A stretch of DNA of 40,025 nt from a virus (lineage: Duplodnaviria; Caudoviricetes). The notes below the pieces were generated by a model that saw nothing but the letters and a program-made list of their open reading frames with translations, had not been told where the DNA came from and did not search any database. Positions 15,485 through 24,542 of the stretch are shown here, one piece after another (position 1 is the stretch's first letter; every line of letters begins with the position of its first letter). The stretch covers positions 1 through 40,025 of the IMG/VR virus record IMGVR_UViG_3300025803_000024; one strand, 5' to 3'. The translations under genes and the position numbers were made by a program.

Positions 15485-16108
15485 ATGCCTAAACAAAATT
15501 ACACAAGAATGGTTACACCAACAGGTGTAGCACAGTATGCCTGGTTAATAAAACCAGACACAAGATTCGATGCTGTTGGACATTTCAAAACTAATCTGAT
15601 ATTGTCCAGAGAAGATGCTACCAATGCAATGCAGATGGTAGACAAAGCAATGGCCGAAAGTCTTACTCTTGCTAAAGAGAACGCTAAAGGTAAGAAGATT
15701 AAAGAGGGTAGCCCACCTTACATGGAAGAGCTTGATGACAATGGTGAGCCGACAGGCAACATCATATTCAAGTTCAAAACAAAAGCTGAAATCATTTCTA
15801 AAGATGGTTCAGTTATACCTAACAAGGTTGCTATCTTTGACAGCCAAGGGACACCGATGACTGACACAGATGTGTGGTCAGGCAGTGAGCTGAAGGTTAG
15901 TGCTGACATAGTTCCGTACTACACAGCTATCGTGGGCGCTGGGGTGTCACTTAGGTTGAGAGCTGTACAAGTCATTAAGTTAGTACAAGGTGGAGACGGT
16001 GCCACTGGATATGGTTTTGATGCAATAGACGATGGATACACCGCTAAGGACACAGCTAATGAAGAAACAGTATTACAGGAAGAAGAGACAGCAACAGCTG
16101 ACTTCTAA
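15485..16108 (+). CDS. ssb: Single-stranded DNA-binding protein (gp2.5-like)
   Basis: TPTGVAQYAWLIKPD, GVSLRLRAVQVIKLV, acidic tail ending in DF. Confidence 0.93.
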   Translation: MPKQNYTRMVTPTGVAQYAWLIKPDTRFDAVGHFKTNLILSREDATNAMQMVDKAMAESLTLAKENAKGKKIKEGSPPYMEELDDNGEPTGNIIFKFKTKAEIISKDGSVIPNKVAIFDSQGTPMTDTDVWSGSELKVSADIVPYYTAIVGAGVSLRLRAVQVIKLVQGGDGATGYGFDAIDDGYTAKDTANEETVLQEEETATADF

Positions 16109-16502
16109 AGAGGTAGGGTTAAAGTATGGGTTTCGTAGTGGACTTGAAGAAGCGATTGCAGATGAGTTGGAAAAAGCTCAAATCACTTTTGAGTATGAGG
16201 AAACGAAACTCAAATATATCAAACCACAAAAGGCCCATACTTATACACCTGACTTCTATCTACCTAAGCAGAAAATTTTTATTGAAACAAAAGGGATGTT
16301 CACAACAGCAGACAGACAAAAAATGAAACTTGTAAAAGCACAACATCCTGACTTAGATATTAGATTTATATTTAGTAACTCTCGCAGTCGTATCAGTAAG
16401 CAGTCCAAGACTACTTATGGTATGTGGTGTGAGAAGTACGGATTTATATATGCAGACAAGACAATACCAAAGGAGTGGATAGATGAAACACCGAGAGATT
16501 AG
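16059..16502 (+). CDS. Endonuclease I / Holliday-junction resolvase (gp3-like)
   Basis: FRSGLE, YTPDF, IETKG, HPDLDIRFIF, TTYGMWCEKYGF; AAGGA RBS before ATG 16059. Confidence 0.95.
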   Translation: MKKQYYRKKRQQQLTSKEVGLKYGFRSGLEEAIADELEKAQITFEYEETKLKYIKPQKAHTYTPDFYLPKQKIFIETKGMFTTADRQKMKLVKAQHPDLDIRFIFSNSRSRISKQSKTTYGMWCEKYGFIYADKTIPKEWIDETPRD

Positions 16503-16914
16503 ATACTTGATTGTGTGTGCTTCAAACACACAGGCACTAGAGAATCTAACAGTGAAAGACTTAAGTATCCGTGACAGAAAGAAAGGATACCTAGCCACTA
16601 AGTATCACTATGTCATCACTCGTGATGGTGTCATAGAAGAGGGGCGAAGCATTACAGATGCTGGTGCCTATCTTGAGGACGGCCACTCTATTATAAAAAA
16701 CAACAACTCGTTAGGAGTATGTCTTATCGGGGGTAGTGATAGTAACGGGGAATCATTTTTCAATTACTCTTCTGTTCAAATTTTCTCCTTGAACACCTTG
16801 GTCACACAACTGAAAACTGATTACCCACAACTCATTACCCTCGGTCTCAATGATGTCACTAAAACAAAAGAGCCACACTTTAATGTAGAGGAGTTTATGA
16901 AAAATGGAAAGTGA
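16483..16914 (+). CDS. gp3.5-like amidase-fold protein with degenerate Zn site
   Basis: YHYVITRDGVIEEGR, GVCLIGG; located between gp3 and gp4. Confidence 0.85.
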   Translation: MKHREIRYLIVCASNTQALENLTVKDLSIRDRKKGYLATKYHYVITRDGVIEEGRSITDAGAYLEDGHSIIKNNNSLGVCLIGGSDSNGESFFNYSSVQIFSLNTLVTQLKTDYPQLITLGLNDVTKTKEPHFNVEEFMKNGK

Positions 16915-18478
16915 ATTTTTACATCATGCACCATGTGATAACTGCGGCTCCAAAGATAATGTAGCTGTATACAGTGACGGACACACTTACTGTTTTGGAT
17001 GTGGTGTGATTACAAATGAAAAGGATATATTAAACCCAGTGAAAAATGTGGACAAAAATTTCTTACAATATGACATAAGACAATTACCTAAACGACACTT
17101 AGATGTAACAACATTACAAAAGTTTCACTACGGTGTATCAAGTAACAAGGGCAGACCAGTACAGGTTGCCAACTACTACAACAAAGACAACGAGTTAGTA
17201 GCACAGAAGTTACGATACCCTGATAAAACTTTCCAATGGATTGGTGATGCTAAGGATGCAACACTCTTTGGGCAGAACCTATGGAGAGATAAAGGTAAGA
17301 TGATAGTAATTACTGAGGGAGAGATTGATGCTCTGTCAGTATCTAAAGTACAAGACAACAAATGGCCTGTCGTTTCTGTTAAGTCAGGAGCGCAAGGAGC
17401 CAAACGAGATATACAAAAACAATTAGACTGGCTAGAAAACTTTGAGTCAGTCGTCCTAATGTTTGACCAGGATGAAGTAGGCAAGAAAGCTGCGATAGAA
17501 TGTGCAAAGTTATTTAGTCCAAATAAAGCCAAAGTCTGTCAACTGCCATTGAAAGATGCTAACGAAATGTTAGCAGCTAATAAAACTAAAGAGCTTGTAG
17601 ATTGTATCTGGGCAAGTAAGGCCTACCGTCCTGATGGCATTGTGTCTGGTCAAGACATATGGAATGAAATTAGACAGGAAGATAATTATGTTTCTGTTGA
17701 TTATCCTTTTGCACAGTTGAATGTAAAAACACATGGACTGAGAAAAGCAGAACTCGTCACCGTTACTGCTGGTAGTGGTATAGGTAAGAGTAGCTTCTGT
17801 CGTCATGTTGCTTTACATTTATTGCAACAAGGTTTTGGTGTAGGATACATCGCTCTTGAGGAATCAGTGAAGCGAAGTGCGCTGGGTGTAATGGGTGTCG
17901 CACTGAACAAACCACTGCATCTAACAAGAGAAGGTGTAACAGAGGAAGAGATGAAGCGAGTCTTTGATGAGACAGTTGGCTCAGGGAAGTTTTATTTATA
18001 CAACCATTTTGGGTCGACCGCCTCTGACAACTTGATATCTAAGATTAGATACTTAGCAAAAGGTTGTGGTGTAGACTTCGTTATCTTAGACCACCTACAC
18101 ATTGCTCTCTCTGCACTGGGAGAAGAAATGACTGACGAAAGAAAGTTAATAGATTATACTGTAACTAAGTTGAGGACACTTGTAGAAGAAACTGGCATAG
18201 GACTTATACTCGTCTCACATCTAAGAAGACCTGAGGGTAACAAGGGTTATGAAGATGGAGTCGCTGTCTCTATGAATAGTCTGCGAGGTTCTGCATCCAT
18301 CGGACAACTTAGTGATATAATAATCTCAATGCAGAGAGACTTACAATCAGAAGATAACATCACCCAGTTACACATACTCAAGAATCGTTTTTCAGGAGAG
18401 ACTGGTAAAGCTTGCACTCTGCACTATAACCTAGACACAGGTTGTCTTGCACAGGCAGAGGCATCCAATGAGTTTTGA
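16904..18478 (+). CDS. Primase/helicase (gp4-like)
   Basis: Zn finger CDNCGSKD...CFGC, TOPRIM ITEGEIDALS and FDQDEVG, Walker A AGSGIGKS, LVSHLRR, LRGSASIGQLSD, KNRFSG. Confidence 0.97.
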   Translation: MESEFLHHAPCDNCGSKDNVAVYSDGHTYCFGCGVITNEKDILNPVKNVDKNFLQYDIRQLPKRHLDVTTLQKFHYGVSSNKGRPVQVANYYNKDNELVAQKLRYPDKTFQWIGDAKDATLFGQNLWRDKGKMIVITEGEIDALSVSKVQDNKWPVVSVKSGAQGAKRDIQKQLDWLENFESVVLMFDQDEVGKKAAIECAKLFSPNKAKVCQLPLKDANEMLAANKTKELVDCIWASKAYRPDGIVSGQDIWNEIRQEDNYVSVDYPFAQLNVKTHGLRKAELVTVTAGSGIGKSSFCRHVALHLLQQGFGVGYIALEESVKRSALGVMGVALNKPLHLTREGVTEEEMKRVFDETVGSGKFYLYNHFGSTASDNLISKIRYLAKGCGVDFVILDHLHIALSALGEEMTDERKLIDYTVTKLRTLVEETGIGLILVSHLRRPEGNKGYEDGVAVSMNSLRGSASIGQLSDIIISMQRDLQSEDNITQLHILKNRFSGETGKACTLHYNLDTGCLAQAEASNEF

Positions 18479-18671
18479 GAAAGAACTCGAATGGGGTGAT
18501 GTCATCCTTGCCGCATTGGCCACAGCTAATGAGCAACCAGATGATGAAGTTACTATCTTTGTACCCGACAAACCAACAGCTCTTATTGTCAAAGCGACTA
18601 TCCGTGCTTTAAGAGAGTCAGGTGATGAAGCCGCATGGAGATTACAAATTGAAATTAAAGGGACACATTAA
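18468..18671 (+). CDS. Hypothetical protein
   Basis: GAGG RBS before ATG 18468; overlaps the helicase stop. Confidence 0.65.
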   Translation: MSFEKELEWGDVILAALATANEQPDDEVTIFVPDKPTALIVKATIRALRESGDEAAWRLQIEIKGTH

Positions 18672-18930
18672 GTGTGACTACAAATTAGTCATTTGCTATT
18701 GGAAAGATATTGTATCGCAGGCAGAGTGGAGTGAGTTAACCGATGCCAAGAAACGAGAACCAGTTAATTGTGTGACAGTCGGTTGGATAATTCGTCATGA
18801 CCTACTTACCACAGTTATTGCAAGTGAATTTAATTTTACAAATAATAAAGTTATCAATGAGTGTGGTAACACCACAACTATACCAACAGCCAATATTGTT
18901 GGTATGAAAACTTTAAGGACAAAGATATGA
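18622..18930 (+). CDS. Hypothetical protein (start uncertain, probably near 18667)
   Basis: W-x-D...W...CVTVGW...IAS...G...TTIP pattern common in phage hypotheticals; ATGA overlap with the polymerase. Confidence 0.65.
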   Translation: MMKPHGDYKLKLKGHIKCDYKLVICYWKDIVSQAEWSELTDAKKREPVNCVTVGWIIRHDLLTTVIASEFNFTNNKVINECGNTTTIPTANIVGMKTLRTKI

Positions 18931-20657
18931 AATACTGTTTTGATATTGAATCAAACGGGTTACTTGATGTAACTGATACTATACACTGCATTGTCCTCAA
19001 GAACATTGAGACAGGTGAAGTACTTACACCATCCGTGGATGAGGCTGTGGACTTACTGTCCAAGGCTGAGTTAATTATAGGGCATAACATTATTAAGTTT
19101 GATATCCCTGTACTAAAAAAGTTAACTAACTATACATCTAATGCAACTGTGTTTGATACACTGGTAGCCACTAGACTGGTATACCCTGATGTAGCTGAGT
19201 CTGACTTTGCTCGTCAAAACTTTCCCAAGGAATGTATTGGCAGACATAGTCTCAAAGCATGGGGCCACCGCATAGGCGACTACAAAGCACAGTTTGATTT
19301 AGGGTTTGAGAAGTTTACTCCAGAGATGCTTGAGTATTGTGTGCAAGATGTTGAAGTAACTTACAGTCTATACAAACGAATTGAACACAAAGGTTATTCA
19401 CAACCAGCGATGCAGTTAGAGCATCAGGTTGCCCAGCTAATCTTTGAACAAGAACAACATGGTTTTACTTTTGATAAAGAGAAAGCCGCTGAGTTATATT
19501 CAACACTCAATGCTAAACTACTCACTATCAAAGATGAGTTACAAGAATTGTTTCCACCTAAAATAGAACGAACACCATTTACACCACGAGTCAACAACAA
19601 GACACGAGGGTATGTCAAAGGTGTAACTATCTACAAAGAGAAAGAGGTAGAGTTCAACCCATCCAGTCGTCATCACATTGCTGACAGACTGATTGAGTTA
19701 CATAACTGGAAACCAGAAGAATACACTGCCGATGGTAAGCCAAAGCTTGATGAGAGTATACTCTCTCGTCTACCTTATCCAGAAGCAGAGAAGTTGTGTG
19801 AACATTTCTTATTAGAGAAACGACTATCACAACTTGCAACAGGCGCACAGGCTTGGTTGAAATGGGAACAAGACGGTAAGATACATGGAACTTGTAATAC
19901 AAACTCCACTGTCACTGGCCGTGCCTCACATTCCAATCCAAACCTAGCACAGATTCCCAGCGTATCTGTTCCGTATGGGAGAGAGTGCCGTGCTTTATTT
20001 ACTGTACCACCTACCAAGAAACTCGTGGGAATAGATGTCTCAGGGTTAGAGGTTCGTATGCTTGCGCATTATATGGCTCGCTACGATGAGGGTAAGTATG
20101 CTGATGTTGTCTTGAATGGTGACATACATACTGAGACTCAGACACTCGCTGGATTAGACTCCAGAGATTTAGCCAAGAGATTTTACTATTGTTTCTTGTA
20201 CGGTGGTGGAGTAAAGAAGATAGCCCTAGTAACAGGTAAGTCAGTGGGCGAGGCTCGTAAAATAAAAACACGATTCTTAAACAACTTACCCGCTCTTAAC
20301 AAACTTATTGAGGATGTGCAGACAGCAGCAAACAGAGGATACCTCATTGGGTTAGATAAGAGACAAGTCAAAGTCCGTTCACCTCATGCTGCACTTAACA
20401 CACTACTCCAATCAAGTGGAGCGATTGTGTGTAAGCAATGGTTAGTTGAATTCCGCAAAGCCATTTCTAAATATACAGGAGTACATCAGGTAATCTGGGT
20501 ACACGATGAGATACAGGTAGAGTGTCCAGCTGACATAGCTGAGGACATAGGAAAGATAGCTGTAGACTCCATCGTTCGCACAGGTAAACACTTTGATATA
20601 CGACTGCCGTTAACAGGGGAATACAACGTGGGTAACAACTGGAGCGAAACACATTGA
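18927..20657 (+). CDS. Family A DNA polymerase (gp5-like) with 3'-5' exonuclease
   Basis: FDIESNGL, GHNIIKFD, YCVQDV, GIDVSGLEVR, AKRFYYCFLYG (Tyr at the T7 Y526 position), VHDEIQ. Confidence 0.97.
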   Translation: MKYCFDIESNGLLDVTDTIHCIVLKNIETGEVLTPSVDEAVDLLSKAELIIGHNIIKFDIPVLKKLTNYTSNATVFDTLVATRLVYPDVAESDFARQNFPKECIGRHSLKAWGHRIGDYKAQFDLGFEKFTPEMLEYCVQDVEVTYSLYKRIEHKGYSQPAMQLEHQVAQLIFEQEQHGFTFDKEKAAELYSTLNAKLLTIKDELQELFPPKIERTPFTPRVNNKTRGYVKGVTIYKEKEVEFNPSSRHHIADRLIELHNWKPEEYTADGKPKLDESILSRLPYPEAEKLCEHFLLEKRLSQLATGAQAWLKWEQDGKIHGTCNTNSTVTGRASHSNPNLAQIPSVSVPYGRECRALFTVPPTKKLVGIDVSGLEVRMLAHYMARYDEGKYADVVLNGDIHTETQTLAGLDSRDLAKRFYYCFLYGGGVKKIALVTGKSVGEARKIKTRFLNNLPALNKLIEDVQTAANRGYLIGLDKRQVKVRSPHAALNTLLQSSGAIVCKQWLVEFRKAISKYTGVHQVIWVHDEIQVECPADIAEDIGKIAVDSIVRTGKHFDIRLPLTGEYNVGNNWSETH

Positions 20658-21052
20658 GAAAGAAGGGCAACCCTGATTTTGATAAAGACTTACAATATGG
20701 ATTGGACAGAGAGAATAGAATTGTTGCAATCCTTGATGCCAAGAAGACAAAGGCAGAAATTAAAACAGAACGAGACTGGTGGTTTCGTAGTGGTAACATC
20801 TGTTTAGAGATAGAGAGTTACGGAAAGCCATCAGGTATCATGACAACCAAGGCAGACTACTGGATACAGATACTTGCATTGGGTGATGATGATTACTGCA
20901 GACTTATATTTGATACTAAGACAGTCAAGAGATTGGCTAAAAAATATATGGACACAGCTAGGTATGGTGGTGATTACAATAAAAGTAAATTCATACTCAT
21001 ACCACTTAAAGATTTATTTGATAAAAAAAATTTACCGAAGGTGCCTAAATGA
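20654..21052 (+). CDS. Hypothetical protein, possible PD-(D/E)xK nuclease fold
   Basis: AEIKTERD...GNICLE...GKPSGI..TKADYW; TTG start overlapping the polymerase stop. Confidence 0.65.
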   Translation: MRKKGNPDFDKDLQYGLDRENRIVAILDAKKTKAEIKTERDWWFRSGNICLEIESYGKPSGIMTTKADYWIQILALGDDDYCRLIFDTKTVKRLAKKYMDTARYGGDYNKSKFILIPLKDLFDKKNLPKVPK

Positions 21053-21783
21053 GACAGTTACTAATTGATGGAGACATTGTACTATACAAAGTTGCAATGG
21101 CTAATGAGGTAGAAACTCATTGGGGCGATGGGTTATGGACTCTACATTCGGATGAGAAAGTATGTCAGGTACAGGTAGACGATGTTATCTCAAACTTACT
21201 AACTGAGTTAGAAGCTGACGACTACATTGTGTGCTTGACTGATGCAATTAATTTTAGAAAAGATATCATGCCATCCTACAAAGGTAATCGTAAAGACAAA
21301 CGAAAGCCATTAGTATTCAGCAAGTTAAGAGAGTACATCTTTGAACATCACTATGGTGTCACCTATGATGGACTTGAAGCTGACGATGTCATGGGTATCC
21401 TATCTACTGAACCAGCTGAGGAAGAGCGAGTGATTGTTTCTATTGATAAAGACTTGAAACAAATACCTGGTCTCTTAAGCAGTGATGGTAAGACTATCAA
21501 AGAAGTAAACAAAGCTCAGGCAGACTATTGGTTCCTCATTCAAACACTTGCAGGTGACTTGACTGATGGGTACAGTGGGTGTCCAGGCATAGGGGTAAAG
21601 ACAGCTGAGAAACTGTTAGATATTAAGGTTCCCCTCGTAGACAACTGGGCTAGAGTCGTCAAGGCTTATAAGAAGAAAGACTACCTTGATGGTGAAATAT
21701 TACAACAAGCCCGTGTGGCTCGTATTCTAAGACATGGCGAGTATGACCACACAACAGGAGCAGTTAAGTTATGGAAGATATAA
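21049..21783 (+). CDS. 5'-3' exonuclease (gp6-like)
   Basis: LLIDGD, NFRK...YKGNR, LEADDVMGI, SIDKDL, GDLTDGYSGCPGIG. Confidence 0.95.
   Translation: MRQLLIDGDIVLYKVAMANEVETHWGDGLWTLHSDEKVCQVQVDDVISNLLTELEADDYIVCLTDAINFRKDIMPSYKGNRKDKRKPLVFSKLREYIFEHHYGVTYDGLEADDVMGILSTEPAEEERVIVSIDKDLKQIPGLLSSDGKTIKEVNKAQADYWFLIQTLAGDLTDGYSGCPGIGVKTAEKLLDIKVPLVDNWARVVKAYKKKDYLDGEILQQARVARILRHGEYDHTTGAVKLWKI
21623..21640 (+). promoter_or_regulatory. Phage RNAP promoter-like site inside the exonuclease gene, upstream of the nucleotide-metabolism genes
   Basis: TTAAGGTTCCCCTCGTAG. Confidence 0.6.
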
Positions 21784-21989
21784 ACAACCCAAAGTATTAT
21801 AAAGATTACACTATTGAGCCTATTGAGTTTATCATGAAGAATGATTTACCATATGCAGAAGGTAATGTAATAAAATATATCTGTCGTTGGCGAACAAAGA
21901 ACTCCTCGAATACTAGAAAGTTGGAAGACTTACAGAAAGCAAAACGCTATGTCGAATTTTTAATAGATAATTTTAAGGAGACAATATGA
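21771..21989 (+). CDS. DUF3310 / gp1.7-like protein
   Basis: NNPKYY...IEPIEFI...GNVIKYICR..K...EDLQKA..Y. Confidence 0.85.
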   Translation: MEDINNPKYYKDYTIEPIEFIMKNDLPYAEGNVIKYICRWRTKNSSNTRKLEDLQKAKRYVEFLIDNFKETI

Positions 21990-23884
21990 GCTTACCTACT
22001 ATATACCAACAATACATACATACATCTCGTTATGCCAGATACGATGAGTCCATCGGACGCAGGGAAACATGGCATGAAACAGTGAGAAGATACTTTGACT
22101 TTATGGAAAGTCATTTAGAAACTAATTTTAATTACAACATGGGTTCTCTTAGGCAAAAGCTTGAGGGTGCAGTGGCCAGCTTACAAGTCATGCCAAGTAT
22201 GCGAGCCTTGATGACAGCTGGTGTTGCTTTACAGCGAGACCACACAGCTGGCTACAACTGTAGTTACATTCCCATTGATGATGTAAGAAGTTTTGATGAA
22301 GTGATGTATATATTGTTATGTGGCACAGGCGTCGGCTTTAGTGTTGAGTACAACAATGTAGAGAAGTTGCCTATTGTTGCCGAGAAGTTTAGTAGAAGTG
22401 AGACAGTTATTGTCGTTGAAGATAGTAAAGCTGGGTGGGCGAGCGCCTTTAGAGAATTACTTGCAATGTTATATTCAGGTCAGATTCCTAAAATAGATGT
22501 CACCCAGGTTAGACCAGCAGGAGCAAGATTAAAAACATTTGGTGGTAGGGCATCAGGTCCACAGCCACTTGTTGACTTGTTTGATTTCGCTATTGAATTA
22601 TTTCAGAAGGCCGCTGGTCGCCAATTAGAAGCCATCGAGTGCCACGACCTAGTGTGCAAGGTAGGTGAAGTAGTGGTAGTCGGTGGTGTAAGACGCTCCG
22701 CACTTATCTCTTTGAGTAACATACAAGATGACAATGTTCGTAAAGCAAAGAGTGGACAGTGGTGGATAGAAAACGGACAGAGAGCATTAGCAAACAACAG
22801 TGCTGTCTATACCCGTACACCTGACATGGGCCTATTTATGTCAGAGTGGAAAGCATTATATGAAAGTAAGAGCGGTGAGCGAGGTATCTTTAATCGTCAA
22901 GCCGCTAAGAACAAAGTTGCCGAGAGCGGGAGAAGAGATGTCGAACATGAGTTCGGTACCAACCCTTGTTCTGAGATTATTCTAAGGCCTTACCAATTTT
23001 GTAATCTGACTGAGGTTGTAGTTAGAGCGGAAGACACCAAAGAAAGTTTACAAGAGAAAGTCAAGCTAGCAACCATTCTCGGCACGTTTCAATCTACACT
23101 TACAGACTTTAAATATTTAAGAAATATATGGAAAGAAAATACAGAGGCTGAAAGACTCCTTGGTGTTTCCCTCACTGGCATCATGGACAACAGGCTAACC
23201 ATCTCTCCTACCCCATCGTTTCTCCGTGGGTTGAGAGAGACAGCTGTGGAGTGCAATCAACTACTCTCCTCACAGCTCGGTATAAATCAGTCCACAGCCA
23301 TTACCTGTGTTAAACCCTCAGGTACGGTTAGTCAGTTAGTCGACTCAGCCTCTGGCATACATACACGATACAGTCAGTATTACATCCGTACAGTTCGTAT
23401 GGATATGAAAGACCCTTTGACTCAGTTACTTATAGACAAAGGTGTACCACACGAACCCGATGTCATGAAACCAGATGATGTTATGGTATTCTCATTTCCT
23501 CAGGAGTCACCAAGGGGATGTCTCACTACTTCATCACTTACCGCACTACAACAACTTGAAACTTGGTTGATGTATCAGAGACACTGGTGTGAACACAAAC
23601 CATCTGTCACTGTCAGTGTAAAAGAAGATGAGTGGATGGAAGTAGGTGCATGGGTATACAATAACTTTGAAGAGGTAGCAGGTATAAGTTTCTTACCAGC
23701 CCTTGACCATGTATACAAACAAGCTCCTTACCAAGCTATAACTGAAGACGAATATAAACAGGCAATAAGTACAATGCCTACCGATATAGACTTCAGAGAC
23801 TTGGATGAAAAGGAAGATAACACAACAGGGAGTCAAGAATTCGCTTGCACTGGTAACAGTTGTGAGCTTGTGGGCCTTGGGTAG
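21986..23884 (+). CDS. nrdJ: Class II (adenosylcobalamin-dependent) ribonucleotide reductase
   Basis: SRYAR...RRETW, VMPSMRALM, YNCSY, GGVRRSALISL, TNPCSEI, FCNLTE, TCVKPSGT; no beta-subunit gene in the genome. Confidence 0.9.
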   Translation: MSLPTIYQQYIHTSRYARYDESIGRRETWHETVRRYFDFMESHLETNFNYNMGSLRQKLEGAVASLQVMPSMRALMTAGVALQRDHTAGYNCSYIPIDDVRSFDEVMYILLCGTGVGFSVEYNNVEKLPIVAEKFSRSETVIVVEDSKAGWASAFRELLAMLYSGQIPKIDVTQVRPAGARLKTFGGRASGPQPLVDLFDFAIELFQKAAGRQLEAIECHDLVCKVGEVVVVGGVRRSALISLSNIQDDNVRKAKSGQWWIENGQRALANNSAVYTRTPDMGLFMSEWKALYESKSGERGIFNRQAAKNKVAESGRRDVEHEFGTNPCSEIILRPYQFCNLTEVVVRAEDTKESLQEKVKLATILGTFQSTLTDFKYLRNIWKENTEAERLLGVSLTGIMDNRLTISPTPSFLRGLRETAVECNQLLSSQLGINQSTAITCVKPSGTVSQLVDSASGIHTRYSQYYIRTVRMDMKDPLTQLLIDKGVPHEPDVMKPDDVMVFSFPQESPRGCLTTSSLTALQQLETWLMYQRHWCEHKPSVTVSVKEDEWMEVGAWVYNNFEEVAGISFLPALDHVYKQAPYQAITEDEYKQAISTMPTDIDFRDLDEKEDNTTGSQEFACTGNSCELVGLG

Positions 23885-23886
23885 AA

Positions 23887-23904
23887 CTAAGGTTCCCTTC
23901 TTAG
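23887..23904 (+). promoter_or_regulatory. Phage RNAP promoter (start of structural genes)
   Basis: CTAAGGTTCCCTTCTTAG; shares GTTCCCTTCTTAGAAGA with the 38695 site. Confidence 0.8.
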
Positions 23905-23913
23905 AAGAATAAA

Positions 23914-24105
23914 ATGAGTGAAATCAAAGACTTAACTCTCCCCGAACGAGTGGATGACTTAATTAAAATGCTTAATGAAGTGTTTCCAGAGCGTTCGCCT
24001 GACTTAGAGGATGACACAAAGCACATTTATTTTAAGGCAGGACAGCGAGATGTTGTTCGTTTTATTAATTTACTGAAAGCTCGTCAAGATGGCGAGGATA
24101 TATAG
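23914..24105 (+). CDS. Conserved podovirus hypothetical protein upstream of portal
   Basis: LNEVFPE..P...AGQRDVVRFI pattern; position. Confidence 0.75.
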   Translation: MSEIKDLTLPERVDDLIKMLNEVFPERSPDLEDDTKHIYFKAGQRDVVRFINLLKARQDGEDI

Positions 24106-24114
24106 GAGACAATT

Positions 24115-24327
24115 ATGGGAAGTTTACTTGGCGGCAGTATGCCTAAACCAGCGCCCTTACCACCAATACCAGCACCAGCTCCATTAGCTAGAGCCGAAGC
24201 ACCTGAGTTAGAAATTAAACCACTCAGTGCTGAGAGGACTACTCGTAGAGTTAAAAAAGCTGGCACGAAAGCATTACAAACAGATATGCCTTCATTAAAT
24301 ATTGCAGGTGAAGAGGTGAATTACTAA
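24115..24327 (+). CDS. Small Pro-rich virion assembly protein (gp6.7/gp7.3-like)
   Basis: AGGAG RBS; PKPAPLPP...KKAGTKALQT...LNI. Confidence 0.65.
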   Translation: MGSLLGGSMPKPAPLPPIPAPAPLARAEAPELEIKPLSAERTTRRVKKAGTKALQTDMPSLNIAGEEVNY

Positions 24328-24542
24328 TGGGTGGCGGCGGCAAAAGAGCAGCTAGTCCAGCTCCAGCACCTACACCAGCACCACCAATTCCCCCATTGAT
24401 TCCTAGAAAACCTACAAAGAAACAAAAGAAAGACGAAGAACTCACAATGAAGAGAGCTAAGAGAGCAGGAACAGGCGCTCTTCAAACAGCTAATGCTTTA
24501 AACATTCCTACCACAAGTCAATCAGGAGTTAATGTAGCCTAA
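24327..24542 (+). CDS. Small Pro-rich virion assembly protein (gp7.3-like), paralogue of the previous gene
   Basis: PAPAPTPAPP...KRAGTGALQT...LNI...SGVNV; coupled to portal. Confidence 0.65.
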   Translation: MGGGGKRAASPAPAPTPAPPIPPLIPRKPTKKQKKDEELTMKRAKRAGTGALQTANALNIPTTSQSGVNVA

